A stretch of 64,000 nucleotides of DNA from an uncultured Ruegeria sp. (lineage in GTDB: Bacteria; Pseudomonadota; Alphaproteobacteria; Rhodobacterales; Rhodobacteraceae), in NCBI GenBank assembly GCA_963669395.1, contig OY770022.1:1329305-1393304 (forward strand), in the 5' to 3' direction. Positions within the stretch are counted from its first letter, which is position 1, and every line of letters begins with the position of its first letter. Below, in pieces: positions 1 to 9,272 of this stretch. The notes under the pieces were generated by a model, which worked only from the letters and a program-made list of their open reading frames with translations, was not told where the DNA came from and did no database searches. A program made the position numbers and the translations under genes.

Positions 1-1270
1 GGCCAACGATGAACAGGCCGACCGCGCTGCAATAGGCCAGAAACAGGCGATCAGCTTTCGGGTTCGGGGTTGGCTGATACGGCACCGACCGGGCCGACAG
101 CAACGCCACCTGTTTGGACTGAACCATGCGGTCGATCGCAAAAGCCAGGATCGCCGGAATCACCAGAACCACGGACACAACCGCGCCCATCTCAAAGTTC
201 TGCTGGCCGATCACCTGCTTGTAGATATCCACCGCAAGCACGTTGAATTGCCCGCCGATGACTTTAGGCAGGCCAAAATCGGTGATTACCAGATTGAACA
301 CAACAAAGGCTGCAGAGATCAGGCCGTACCTGGCACCCGGAACGGTCACCGTCCAGAACGTGCGCCATGGGGTTGACCGCAGGCTTGCCGCAGCCTCGTA
401 CAGCCGCGCATCCGAAATCGCCAGCGCCGTTGAGATGATCAGGAAGGCATGCGGAAAGGTGAAGAAGACCGAGCCTATCACAATGCCGATCGGACCATAG
501 ATGCTGGCGCCGAACAGCAGTTCTTTGATCATGCCCTGATTACCAAACAGGTATACCAAGGCGATACCCGGCAGCAGCGAGGGAACGAGAATTGGCGCCA
601 TTGCGATCAGGCGAAAGACACCTTTGAACCGCATGCAGCTGCGGTTGAGCGCGTAGGCAAACCAGAAGGCCAGCGTCACGGTGACGATCGTGCTGACAAC
701 CGAAATCCAAAGCGAATTCTTGATCGAATTGAACAGCGCGGGCGTGGAGAAGTAGTTTACAAAGTTATCCAATCCCCTGGACTGGACGGGCCGAAGTTGA
801 ACCCGCCGAAAGGTATTGGAATCCAGCTCGACCCAATCGGTTCCTTCCTGCAAAGTTGATCCGACCAGGAACCGACCGGTATCCGTCGTGTTCCGGATCT
901 GATACATGACCGGGCTGCGGAAACTGAAATCCGGGAAGAAACCTGTAACAGGCAAGCGCCCGTCCGAACCCGTCACAAGATCGGTGTCGGCAAATGCTCC
1001 GGTTTCGCGGTTCAGCGCATCGCCCGACAGGATCGTTCCATCAAAACTCCCTGCGTCATCGCTGACCTGAAACTCGTATTGGGACAGTTCCACCCGATAG
1101 GTGGAAAACGACTTTGAGAGCATCGTGTAAAGCGGCAGCGCCAGCGTCACGATCAGATACAGCACGATGACCATCATGCTTCCGCGCATCAGGATGTCGT
1201 CGCGGCTGAGCTTGGGTTTGATGATTGGGCCGGGGGGCAAAGTGTTACTGTTGGTAGAAGCGGTACTCAT
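1..1270 (-). CDS. 2-aminoethylphosphonate-type ABC transporter permease (partial; runs off the left edge)
   Basis: Manual translation from ATG at 1270 (MSTASTN...DDILMRGSMMVIVLYLIVTLALPLY...GLDNFVNYFSTPAL...DARLYEAAASL...TVPGARYGLISA). Contains an EAA loop and has an ATGA overlap with the ATPase gene. Not in the ORF track because there is no stop in the window. Confidence 0.88.
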   Translation of the reverse strand, partial: MSTASTNSNTLPPGPIIKPKLSRDDILMRGSMMVIVLYLIVTLALPLYTMLSKSFSTYRVELSQYEFQVSDDAGSFDGTILSGDALNRETGAFADTDLVTGSDGRLPVTGFFPDFSFRSPVMYQIRNTTDTGRFLVGSTLQEGTDWVELDSNTFRRVQLRPVQSRGLDNFVNYFSTPALFNSIKNSLWISVVSTIVTVTLAFWFAYALNRSCMRFKGVFRLIAMAPILVPSLLPGIALVYLFGNQGMIKELLFGASIYGPIGIVIGSVFFTFPHAFLIISTALAISDARLYEAAASLRSTPWRTFWTVTVPGARYGLISAAFVVFNLVITDFGLPKVIGGQFNVLAVDIYKQVIGQQNFEMGAVVSVVLVIPAILAFAIDRMVQSKQVALLSARSVPYQPTPNPKADRLFLAYCSAVGLFIVG

Positions 1271-2415
1271 GCCCCGGTCTCCGGTACGTCAAAGGCCATC
1301 AGGCGGTCTTCGGGAAGCTCGATCATCATCGTCCGCCCTTCTGCCAGCTCAAGGCGGCGTACGGCATTGATCGAGAAATCCGCGATCAGCTCCGAAGTGC
1401 CGAACCGCTCATTGCTCAGGCGGCACCGCCAGAACGAACCAAGGAACTCCATCTCGGTGATCAGCACTTCGAAGGCGTTTTCCGGGGTGGTAATTGTATC
1501 CGGCGCACCCGGAGACCGCGCACCTTCTCCATGTGGAATGACATCATCAGGTCGGACAGCAGCTATGACGCGGCTTCCTTTCTGATGCGAATGCCGCGTG
1601 CATTTCAGCACGGACCCGCCCAGTTCTATCGTCTGAGGGTCACCGGCAACTGCCGACAGCTGGTTCATCTCGCCAATGAAATCGGCGACAAACAAGTTCC
1701 TTGGATGGCGGTATATCTCGGTGGGCGATCCCACCTGTTCAATCACGCCATGGTTCATGACCACGATCCGGTCCGCCATGGCCAGGGCCTCTTCCTGGTC
1801 ATGCGTCACCATCACGGTGGTCACGCCCAGCTTGCGTTGCAACTCTTTGATTTCATGCCGCAAATGGACGCGTACTTTTGCATCAAGCGCCGAAAGGGGT
1901 TCGTCCAGAAGCAGCAGACCGGGCTTGGTTGCGATGGCGCGGGCCAAGGCAATCCTTTGCTGCTGCCCACCCGACAACTGTGCCGGATATTTTTTGCCCT
2001 GATCCGGCAGGCCGACGAGATTAAGCAACTCATTCACACGTACAGCGATTTCAGATTTGCTGTGGCCCGAGTTTTCCAGACCAAAGGCAATGTTCTTTTC
2101 AATCGTGAGGTTCGGAAACAGCGCATAGGACTGAAACACGATCCCGAAATCACGCTCGGACGGGGGCAGGTTGGACACGTCCTTGCCGTCCTGCATGACC
2201 GTCCCCTTGGTCTGCAAATCCAGACCGGCGATAGCGCGGAGCAGGGTCGTTTTCCCGCAACCCGACGGGCCCAGAAAACAAACGAATTCGCCATCGTTGA
2301 TTTCCAGCGAAATATCCTTGAGAGCGAGAAAGCTGCCGAACGCCTTCCACAAGTTCTGGATGCTGAGATACAGTTCACCGGGAGGTGTTTTCTGAAGCAC
2401 GGGGGAAGTCCTCAC
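1267..2415 (-). CDS. ABC transporter ATP-binding protein, 2-aminoethylphosphonate (PhnT2) type
   Basis: Walker A GPSGCGKT, signature LSGGQQQR, Walker B LLLDEP, C-terminal TOBE-like region; operon context. Confidence 0.92.
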   Translation of the reverse strand: MRTSPVLQKTPPGELYLSIQNLWKAFGSFLALKDISLEINDGEFVCFLGPSGCGKTTLLRAIAGLDLQTKGTVMQDGKDVSNLPPSERDFGIVFQSYALFPNLTIEKNIAFGLENSGHSKSEIAVRVNELLNLVGLPDQGKKYPAQLSGGQQQRIALARAIATKPGLLLLDEPLSALDAKVRVHLRHEIKELQRKLGVTTVMVTHDQEEALAMADRIVVMNHGVIEQVGSPTEIYRHPRNLFVADFIGEMNQLSAVAGDPQTIELGGSVLKCTRHSHQKGSRVIAAVRPDDVIPHGEGARSPGAPDTITTPENAFEVLITEMEFLGSFWRCRLSNERFGTSELIADFSINAVRRLELAEGRTMMIELPEDRLMAFDVPETGA

Positions 2416-2532
2416 ATCTGCACCTCGGGCATGGCTGATCCGGGCTGGGCATTGCCAGGTGCGCAGGTCACGTTTTTGGGAAAAAGAGAAGGGCGCGCAG
2501 GAGAGGCAAAAGCAACTCTCCTGCTATCGTGT

Positions 2533-3552
2533 TTATTTCGCTTCCGACTTTCCGTCATAGCGAGACTGCCATTCCTTCAGGATTGCCGCACGATTATTCG
2601 CGGCAAACTCAAAATCATTGTCAATCATGGCATCCAGAAGACCCTCTGGGAAGTGCTCAACCGGTTTTGCGATGCCGGGGTAGGCCACAACCGCATAGCC
2701 GGTGTTGTACATTTCGTTGGCTTCCTTGGTGACTGTGAAATCAACCAGTTTCTGAGCGGCTTCCAGATTTGCCGTTCCGGCGACAATTGCGGTGGCTTCC
2801 ATGTCCCAGCCTACGCCTTCGGACGGGACGATAATCTCAAGCGGTGCGCCATCCGCCTTGGACTTGGCACCGCGGAAGGCAAACGAGATACCGATCGGGA
2901 TTTCGCCCGCTGCCGCCAGCTTGCAGGGTTTGGACCCTGAATGCGTATAGCGCGCAATATTTTCGTGCAGCGCGTCCATGTACTCCCAGCCGCCTTCTTC
3001 ACCGAACATTTGCAGCCAGCTTGAAACGTCAAGGAACCCGGTGCCGGACGAGTTCGGGTTCGGCATGATAACCTGATCCTTGTACATCGGGTCAGTGAGG
3101 TCTTTCCACGAGGTGGGTGGCTTCAGCCCGGCCTTTTCGGCCTCGACCGTGTTGTAGCAGACGGATGCAACCCAGGCATCCATGCCAACCCATGCGGGTG
3201 GATTGTCGCCATCGACAAACTTGGGATCCAGGTTCTCGACGCCGGCGGGCGCGTAGGGTTCCAGCATGCCTTCCGATTTGAGAAGTAGCAGCGACGTAGC
3301 CGCCAGCCCCCATACGACGTCTGCCTGGGGGTTGTCCCGCTCAGCCAGCAGTTTGGCGGTGATGATCCCGGTCGAGTCGCGAACCCAGTTGATCTTGATG
3401 TCAGGGTTGCTTTGGTTGAACGTCTCGGCATAGCGAGCCAGATCTTCCGCCTCGACGGCGGTGTACACTGTCAATTCTGTTTCCGATGCCGCAACCGTCG
3501 CGGTCATTGCGCTGACGGCCAGAGCGGCAAGAAATGATGTCTGGTGTTTCAT
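2533..3552 (-). CDS. aepX: 2-aminoethylphosphonate-type ABC transporter substrate-binding protein (AepX/PhnS2-like)
   Basis: Signal peptide and motifs WVRDSTG, MPNPNSSGTG, YTHSGSKPC. Start placed at ATG 3552 behind a GAGG RBS. Confidence 0.82.
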   Translation of the reverse strand: MKHQTSFLAALAVSAMTATVAASETELTVYTAVEAEDLARYAETFNQSNPDIKINWVRDSTGIITAKLLAERDNPQADVVWGLAATSLLLLKSEGMLEPYAPAGVENLDPKFVDGDNPPAWVGMDAWVASVCYNTVEAEKAGLKPPTSWKDLTDPMYKDQVIMPNPNSSGTGFLDVSSWLQMFGEEGGWEYMDALHENIARYTHSGSKPCKLAAAGEIPIGISFAFRGAKSKADGAPLEIIVPSEGVGWDMEATAIVAGTANLEAAQKLVDFTVTKEANEMYNTGYAVVAYPGIAKPVEHFPEGLLDAMIDNDFEFAANNRAAILKEWQSRYDGKSEAK

Positions 3553-3606
3553 TGTTATCCTCTGTTGGTGATTTCTTGACGGGTTCGCCATTCTTGCGCG
3601 GCGTTC

Positions 3607-3635
3607 TATTCAGATTTGTATCAACAGTTTGACAG
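3607..3635 (-). promoter_or_regulatory. Pho-box-like 11-bp periodic repeat
   Basis: Minus strand reads CTGTCAA-ACTG-TTGATAC-AAAT-CTGAATA (7-4-7-4-7) upstream of the phosphonate-binding protein gene. Only the first unit matches CTGTCAT well. Confidence 0.4.
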
Positions 3636-3951
3636 ATAAAAACTTCAAGAAAAATCGATTATATCTTCAACATCATAAGTGCACCCTATGGCAAAGCAGC
3701 TGTGGATTGCCGACGGTTGCGATCAATTCCGGCAACGGAGCGGCAGGGCCTAACCGTTTGAAGCCGCTTATTTTGCATACTTTTGGTGCCGTCCAGTATT
3801 GTCGCCCCCGGCGCGGACCAGAGCCTGAACACAGGCGGGATCGGTATTGTTCCTGCGGCGGTCCGACATCCAGCCGGATCTATGATGAAGATCAGTACTT
3901 CTTTCATGCGTGTTTCCAGGTTCTGCGTCCGAAATCTGCCCTCAGATTTCG

Positions 3952-4791
3952 TTATCTCGCCGTTGCCAAAACCAAGATGCCGAGCGCCACGATTGTCGCC
4001 GCAAGAAGCCTGTTGGATTTGGGCCCTTCGCCAAACCACATGACGCCAATAATCGACGCAAAGATCACGGAACTTTCTCTGAGTGCTGACACCACGCCCA
4101 AAGGCGCAATCGTCTTGGCATACAGCACCAGTCCGTAGGCCAGGCCGGAAATGACGCCGCCCGCCAGACCTGCCCAGACAAAGCGACTGGGCAGTGCCAC
4201 AAGGCGCTGCCATCGGGTCGTGAAGATGAACCCAGCAACAATAATTTCGGCGACGAACAAGGCCGCGATGTATCCCAACGCGTTCTCAGACAGCCGAATG
4301 CCGATACCATCCACAATCGAATAGGACGCAATCATCAGGCCCGTGCCAAGCGCTGCCGCTATGGCGATCCAATTCGTTTGTCTGCCTAACCCGGCAAGGG
4401 ACAGGCACCCGATACCTGCCGAGATGCAGAGTATGCCGACCCATGCGACCATCGAAAGAAGCTCTCCTGCAAACAAAATTGCGCCCAGCGCGACCAGAAC
4501 AGGCGTGATCCCGCGAGAGATGGGGTAAACCATCGACAGGTCGCCATATTTATATGCGGTGTTCAGAAACCAGTAATACCCCCAGTGGATCAGGGTCGAG
4601 CCAACGATAAAGGGAAAAGCCGCCCAAACCGGCAGCCCGAAAAACGGCAACGCAAACAGCGCAGGGACCGCGTGGCCGAGTGATACCAGCCCCAAAACGA
4701 TTGCTTTGTCGGGCGCCCCTTTGACAACCGCATTCCAGAGCGCATGCAAAAAGGCAGCGGTCAAAACGATAAGAAGCGCCGAGGTCGTCAT
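3952..4791 (-). CDS. EamA/DMT family membrane protein (phosphonate-utilisation-associated type)
   Basis: About 10 TM segments; motifs AAFLHALWN, GDLSMVYPISRG, VSALRESSV. Confidence 0.88.
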   Translation of the reverse strand: MTTSALLIVLTAAFLHALWNAVVKGAPDKAIVLGLVSLGHAVPALFALPFFGLPVWAAFPFIVGSTLIHWGYYWFLNTAYKYGDLSMVYPISRGITPVLVALGAILFAGELLSMVAWVGILCISAGIGCLSLAGLGRQTNWIAIAAALGTGLMIASYSIVDGIGIRLSENALGYIAALFVAEIIVAGFIFTTRWQRLVALPSRFVWAGLAGGVISGLAYGLVLYAKTIAPLGVVSALRESSVIFASIIGVMWFGEGPKSNRLLAATIVALGILVLATAR

Positions 4792-5059
4792 TGCGAGCCG
4801 ATGAAATGGTTTGGTTTGTTGGCGTGCATCAGAACTCCGACCTCAATGCGCTGATACGCGCGCGCGTTTTTGCTTGCCAGCGCAAGTGCGTGGCACGCGA
4901 CCGACAGAACCGAACCGGAGGTCTGTTCGTCAAGGACAAGCTGGTCCAATGGCAAACTATCGCAACGCAGAAAGCCGAATTTGGAGGTTTGGTTAGCTTC
5001 GGGCCCGATAACCGAACGGTATTTCATCCAGGTTCATTTCGGCAGAGGCTCATCCAAGA

Positions 5060-7522
5060 CTAGCCGTCCATCTTCGGCCGCTCGCTTTTGGTATCGTACG
5101 GGGCTCGCATATAGGCTGTTGCCGACAACCGGGTTCCGGCAAGGTCGATTTCAAAGGTCCCGTCGCGGATAAAATCGGCCGTTACCGGCCGGGGCGCGTC
5201 CAGTTGGCAAAGTGCAACGGCCGCACCAAGCGTATGGCCATAGGCGGCCGAGCGGACCTCGCCGATTTCGACCCCGTCATACATCACGGCCTCACCACCC
5301 CACAGTTGTGCCGAGCCATCATCAAGCACCAGTTGCACGATGCGTGTTTCCAGGTGATCGGGGTCCTCTTTTGCCGCCAGCAGCGCGTCTTTTCCGATAA
5401 AGCCGCCGGGCTTTTCGAAATCGACCGCAAAACTCAACCCTGCCTGCAACGGTGTGATATCGGGCGTCAACTCTCGGCTCCAGGCGCGGAAACCCTTTTC
5501 CAGGCGCAACCCTTCCAGCGCGTAGTATCCCGCATCGCGGATGCCGAACTCGGCCCCGGCGCGCATCAGATCCTCGTATACGCCAACGGTGAATTCGACC
5601 GGCACCACCAGTTCCCAGCCCAGTTCACCCACATAGGTCATGCGGTTGGCCAGAACCGTGGCATAGCCCAGATCGATTTCCTGATGGGTGGCAAACGGGA
5701 AGGCCGCGTTGGACAGGTCGGCCTTGGTCAGTTTCTTCAGAACCGCGCGGGCTTTCGGCCCCATGACCGCCATAACCGACCAGGCGGCCGTGACATCGGT
5801 CAGGAACACGTGGGCATCCGCGTCGAAATTCTTGCGAATCCAGTCCGCATCATGCACCGCCTGGGCCGAGCCGGTGATCAGAAGGAACTCCTGCGCTTTC
5901 AGGCGCAGCACTGTCAGGTCGGATTCGTACCCGCCGCGTTCGTTCAGCAGACCGGTGTAGACCGTGCCTCCGATGGGGACGTCGACATTTGCCGCGCAAA
6001 TGCGGTTCAACTGTGCACAGGCATCCCGGCCCTGAACCAACAGCTTCGCGAACGAGCTTTGATCGAAGATCGACACGCCCTCGCGGGTGTTCTTGTGCTC
6101 GGCCGCAACTGCGTCATGCCAGTTCTGGCGGCCGAAACTGTATTGAATCTTGGGTGCTTCGCCTTCCGCCGCAAAGAAATTCACCCGCTCCCAGCCCATC
6201 TTTGATCCGAACACAGCATTTTTTGCCGCCAGGCGGTCGTAAAGGGCCGAGCGGCGGAACGGGCGCGCGGTGTCCAGTTCGCGATTGGGCCAGGGCATGG
6301 CATAGTGAAGCCCCAGCGTTTCCTTGACCCGATCGTGCAGCCACGTCGGGTTGTTGTTGAAGTTTGCGAACCGCCGGATATCGACAGCAAACAAGTCCGA
6401 AGTCGGAGCCCCCTCGACAATCCATTCAGCCAAAGCAAGCCCCGCCCCACCAGCGCTGGCAATTCCCATCGAGTTGAACCCGGCCCCCACAAAGAAGTTC
6501 TTCAGTTCGGGTGCCTCGCCCAGAAGGTAGTTGTTGTCGGGGGTGAAGCTTTCAGGCCCGTTATAGAATTTGCGCACGCCGGCGCCGGCCATCTGCGGAA
6601 CCCGGATCAGCGCGTTTTCCAGCAGGATTTCAAACTGGTCCCAATCATCGGGCAGAAGCTGGAAGAAGAACTTGTCGGGGATGCCGTCCATTGCCCATGG
6701 CTTGGCTTCGGGTTCGAACCCGCCCATCACCAGACCGCCGGTTTCCTCTTTGAAATAGATATAGCCGTCCGGGTCGCGCAGCACCGGCAGGCCAGGCTTC
6801 ACGCCTTCGATCTGTTCGGTCACGATGTACATATGCTCGGCCGAATGCAGCGGTACGTTGACGCCGCACATTTTGCCCAGTTGGCGCGCCCACTGACCGC
6901 CGCAGTTCACCACAATCTCGGCTTCGATGGTACCATGGTCGGTCACGACACCGCTGACTGCTCCGTCTTTGGTCAGAATATCGGTAACCTTGATACCTTC
7001 TATGACTTTGGCGCCGCCCACGCGCGCGCCCTTGGCCAGTGACTGTGTCAGATCGGTCGGGTTGGCCTTGCCGTCGCCGGGCATCCACAGCCCACCCTTG
7101 ACGTCATCAACCTGCATCACAGGCCATTTGTCCTGCGCCTCCTGCGGGGTGATGACCTGTACCTCGACCCCCTGCGCGCGGGCTGCGGCCGCCGTGCGCA
7201 GCAGCATTGTCATACGGTCCTCCGTGCGTGCCACGGTAACGGAACCGCATTCCATCCAGCCTGTGGCCAGCCCGGTCTCGGCCTCAAGTTGAGAATACAG
7301 CTCGGTCGAATAGCGGATCAGATTGGTCATGGCAGGCTGGCTGCGCAACTGACCAACCAGACCCGCCGCGTGCCAGGTGGTGCCGCAGTTCAGCTGTCCC
7401 TGTTCCAACACTACCACATCACGATGCCCCATCTTCGTCAGGTGATACGCGACCGAGCAGCCGACAATACCGCCCCCCACAATGACAGTTTGCGCGCTGT
7501 GCGGAAGTTGGGTGCTGGCCAT
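5060..7522 (-). CDS. FAD-dependent oxidoreductase with GcvT folate-binding domain (sarcosine/dimethylglycine dehydrogenase family)
   Basis: GGGIVG dinucleotide fold, TWHAAG covalent-FAD His motif, NGPESFTPD, YVGELGWEL, LRLEKG. Start at 7522 behind GGAG/GAGG. Confidence 0.93.
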   Translation of the reverse strand: MASTQLPHSAQTVIVGGGIVGCSVAYHLTKMGHRDVVVLEQGQLNCGTTWHAAGLVGQLRSQPAMTNLIRYSTELYSQLEAETGLATGWMECGSVTVARTEDRMTMLLRTAAAARAQGVEVQVITPQEAQDKWPVMQVDDVKGGLWMPGDGKANPTDLTQSLAKGARVGGAKVIEGIKVTDILTKDGAVSGVVTDHGTIEAEIVVNCGGQWARQLGKMCGVNVPLHSAEHMYIVTEQIEGVKPGLPVLRDPDGYIYFKEETGGLVMGGFEPEAKPWAMDGIPDKFFFQLLPDDWDQFEILLENALIRVPQMAGAGVRKFYNGPESFTPDNNYLLGEAPELKNFFVGAGFNSMGIASAGGAGLALAEWIVEGAPTSDLFAVDIRRFANFNNNPTWLHDRVKETLGLHYAMPWPNRELDTARPFRRSALYDRLAAKNAVFGSKMGWERVNFFAAEGEAPKIQYSFGRQNWHDAVAAEHKNTREGVSIFDQSSFAKLLVQGRDACAQLNRICAANVDVPIGGTVYTGLLNERGGYESDLTVLRLKAQEFLLITGSAQAVHDADWIRKNFDADAHVFLTDVTAAWSVMAVMGPKARAVLKKLTKADLSNAAFPFATHQEIDLGYATVLANRMTYVGELGWELVVPVEFTVGVYEDLMRAGAEFGIRDAGYYALEGLRLEKGFRAWSRELTPDITPLQAGLSFAVDFEKPGGFIGKDALLAAKEDPDHLETRIVQLVLDDGSAQLWGGEAVMYDGVEIGEVRSAAYGHTLGAAVALCQLDAPRPVTADFIRDGTFEIDLAGTRLSATAYMRAPYDTKSERPKMDG

Positions 7523-7572
7523 TGCCTCGCTCCGTGCAGAAGGAATCGGATCTGCACTCACCTTATCGTTAG

Positions 7573-7588
7573 TTTGCAAAACTTGGCA
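7573..7588. promoter_or_regulatory. Putative DeoR operator, copy 1 (TTTGCAAAACTTGGCA)
   Basis: 14/16 identical to the reverse complement of 8399-8414; lies upstream of the GcvT-family gene. Confidence 0.5.
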
Positions 7589-7608
7589 AATATATTCTTT
7601 TCTTTGCG

Positions 7609-8364
7609 TTATGCCCGTACAATATCCATTGGTTGGGTTTCCAGCGATTCGGAAATGTCCTTGGGCAGTTCACCGTCAACAACAAGGGTCACGTCAAAGG
7701 GCAAAGCTTTCATGGCGATCTGCCCAACCACCCCGAACTTGCTGCTGTCCGCCAAAAGGAAAGGGTGCTGTGCCCGTTCCATCATCATGTGGCGCAAGTT
7801 GGCGCCTTCCAGCGAGAAATAGGTGAGCAAGGCCCGCGCGCTGATCCCGCCAACCCCGACCAGCGCGTATTCCGCGTTATATCTGGAAAGGTGTTCCAGC
7901 GTATCCAGACCCATTGTTGCATTCTCGGAAAAATCCAGCCGTCCGCCCAGCAATGTGATCTCCGCCGCTGCAGGTGTCAGAACCGAGGCAATTGTTAAGT
8001 CATTTGTGTATATCGTTAATTCACGGCGGGTGGCCGCTAAAGCCTGAGCTGCGGCAAGCGTCGTCGACCCATTGTCAATGATCACGCTGGCCCCGTCCGG
8101 GATCGCGCTGGCGACATATGCACCAATACGCTCCTTGCCCACACGGTTGGTTTGGGTGCGATCAGCCATAGGAGGTTCATGCCTGCGCACTCTGGTTGCC
8201 CCGCCACGCACCTGGTTGAGCTTGTTTTCCTGGGCCAACTGCTCGATATCCTTGCGCACGGTTTCCCGTGATACGCCAAGCCGTTCAGTCAGAGAACGAA
8301 TAGAAACCGCAGGCTGGCGCGAAACTTCTTCGAGAATGATTGCATGACGTTCGGATGGCAGCAC
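7609..8364 (-). CDS. DeoR/GlpR family transcriptional regulator
   Basis: HTH VSRETVRKD, DNGSTT, LADSSKFG. Confidence 0.95.
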   Translation of the reverse strand: MLPSERHAIILEEVSRQPAVSIRSLTERLGVSRETVRKDIEQLAQENKLNQVRGGATRVRRHEPPMADRTQTNRVGKERIGAYVASAIPDGASVIIDNGSTTLAAAQALAATRRELTIYTNDLTIASVLTPAAAEITLLGGRLDFSENATMGLDTLEHLSRYNAEYALVGVGGISARALLTYFSLEGANLRHMMMERAQHPFLLADSSKFGVVGQIAMKALPFDVTLVVDGELPKDISESLETQPMDIVRA

Positions 8365-8398
8365 GAGAGACCCTCAATGATCGCATGGGGCTACAGAA

Positions 8399-8414
8399 TG
8401 CCAAATTTCGCAAA
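8399..8414. promoter_or_regulatory. Putative DeoR operator, copy 2 (TGCCAAATTTCGCAAA)
   Basis: Upstream of deoR; matches 7573-7588. Confidence 0.5.
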
Positions 8415-8669
8415 AAAATCCAGCCGGGAGTTGCAAAAGCGACTGCGCGATTTGTTAAAGGGCTTCGGGGTGCGGCGTTCGTGGATCCCGGATAGCTCTC
8501 TGCTGTTCATTGAAACGTGTCGCGATAAGTCAAACGTTCTGTCGCTTGTCACAGCAGTGCCCAGCCAGCCGCGCGGCCGCAACAGCGGACGGTCCCCGCC
8601 AATACGCTTCGTGCGCAATTGGGCGGTCTGACTTCCCTCAATTCAGGGAAAGCCTGCTATTCATGTGTT

Positions 8670-8771
8670 TCAAATACCCGAAATCAATGCGCTCGCTGCT
8701 CCAACAAATCCAGCGCCGGCCACGACGCTTGCGAGTACAATACAAAAAACTTCTAATGCGCTAAGTTTCAT
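8670..8771 (-). CDS. Candidate 33-aa single-TM small protein (MKLSALEVFCIVLASVVAGAGFVGAASALISGI)
   Basis: Manual translation; hydrophobic throughout; followed by hairpin TTCCCT-N6-AGGGAA. Confidence 0.4.
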   Translation of the reverse strand: MKLSALEVFCIVLASVVAGAGFVGAASALISGI

Positions 8772-9073
8772 TTTTCTGCCCTGCCCAAATGCCCCGCTCG
8801 ACTTAAAGCATCTCATGAGATTCAAAAAGAGAGCCTTTGTTGACGCGGCGGAATGCTGCTACAAGCGCGGCGTGTTTTCGCTCAGCAGTGAGTTTTGGTC
8901 ATTTGGATCGGATACCGTTGCGGGTGTCAGAAGCTTGATCTGTAGGGCGCGCGCATCACGACCGTTCGCCCGATTTGACGGATTCCGGCGCAATTTTGTG
9001 ACGCAATTTGCCCCCTGGAATCATGGTCCGGAGCGACGGGCTGGCTCAACCTTGATGCAAGTGATTGATCTTA

Positions 9074-9086
9074 GTGGTAGCGGAGG
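9074..9086 (+). repeat. att-like direct repeat GTGGTAGCGGAGG (displaced tRNA-Met 3' end)
   Basis: Identical to 26018-26030, which covers the tRNA-Met 3' end. Confidence 0.85.
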
Positions 9087-9272
9087 TCCGTCTTGGACAC
9101 AAACCCCACACATTAACCCTCTGTAAAATACGGGTGGCGCAACCTTTGAGCGGGAAACCGGAAGGTCAATTGTCGTAGCGGTACACTGACTGGCGAATTC
9201 GATCAAAAGAATTTGGCCTTCACCGCGTTGTCCTACGTTGAAGGCCGTCGCAATTGCGGCATGGGGAACGTC

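Noticed and set aside
3686-3930. MKEVLIFIID start resembling a sulfatase/phosphonate monoester hydrolase N-terminus
   Set aside because: The similarity does not extend in any frame.
4788-5027. 79-aa minus-strand ORF between the GcvT-family and EamA genes
   Set aside because: Its stop overlaps the EamA start, but there is no recognisable motif or clear RBS; it may be a remnant and cannot be supported.
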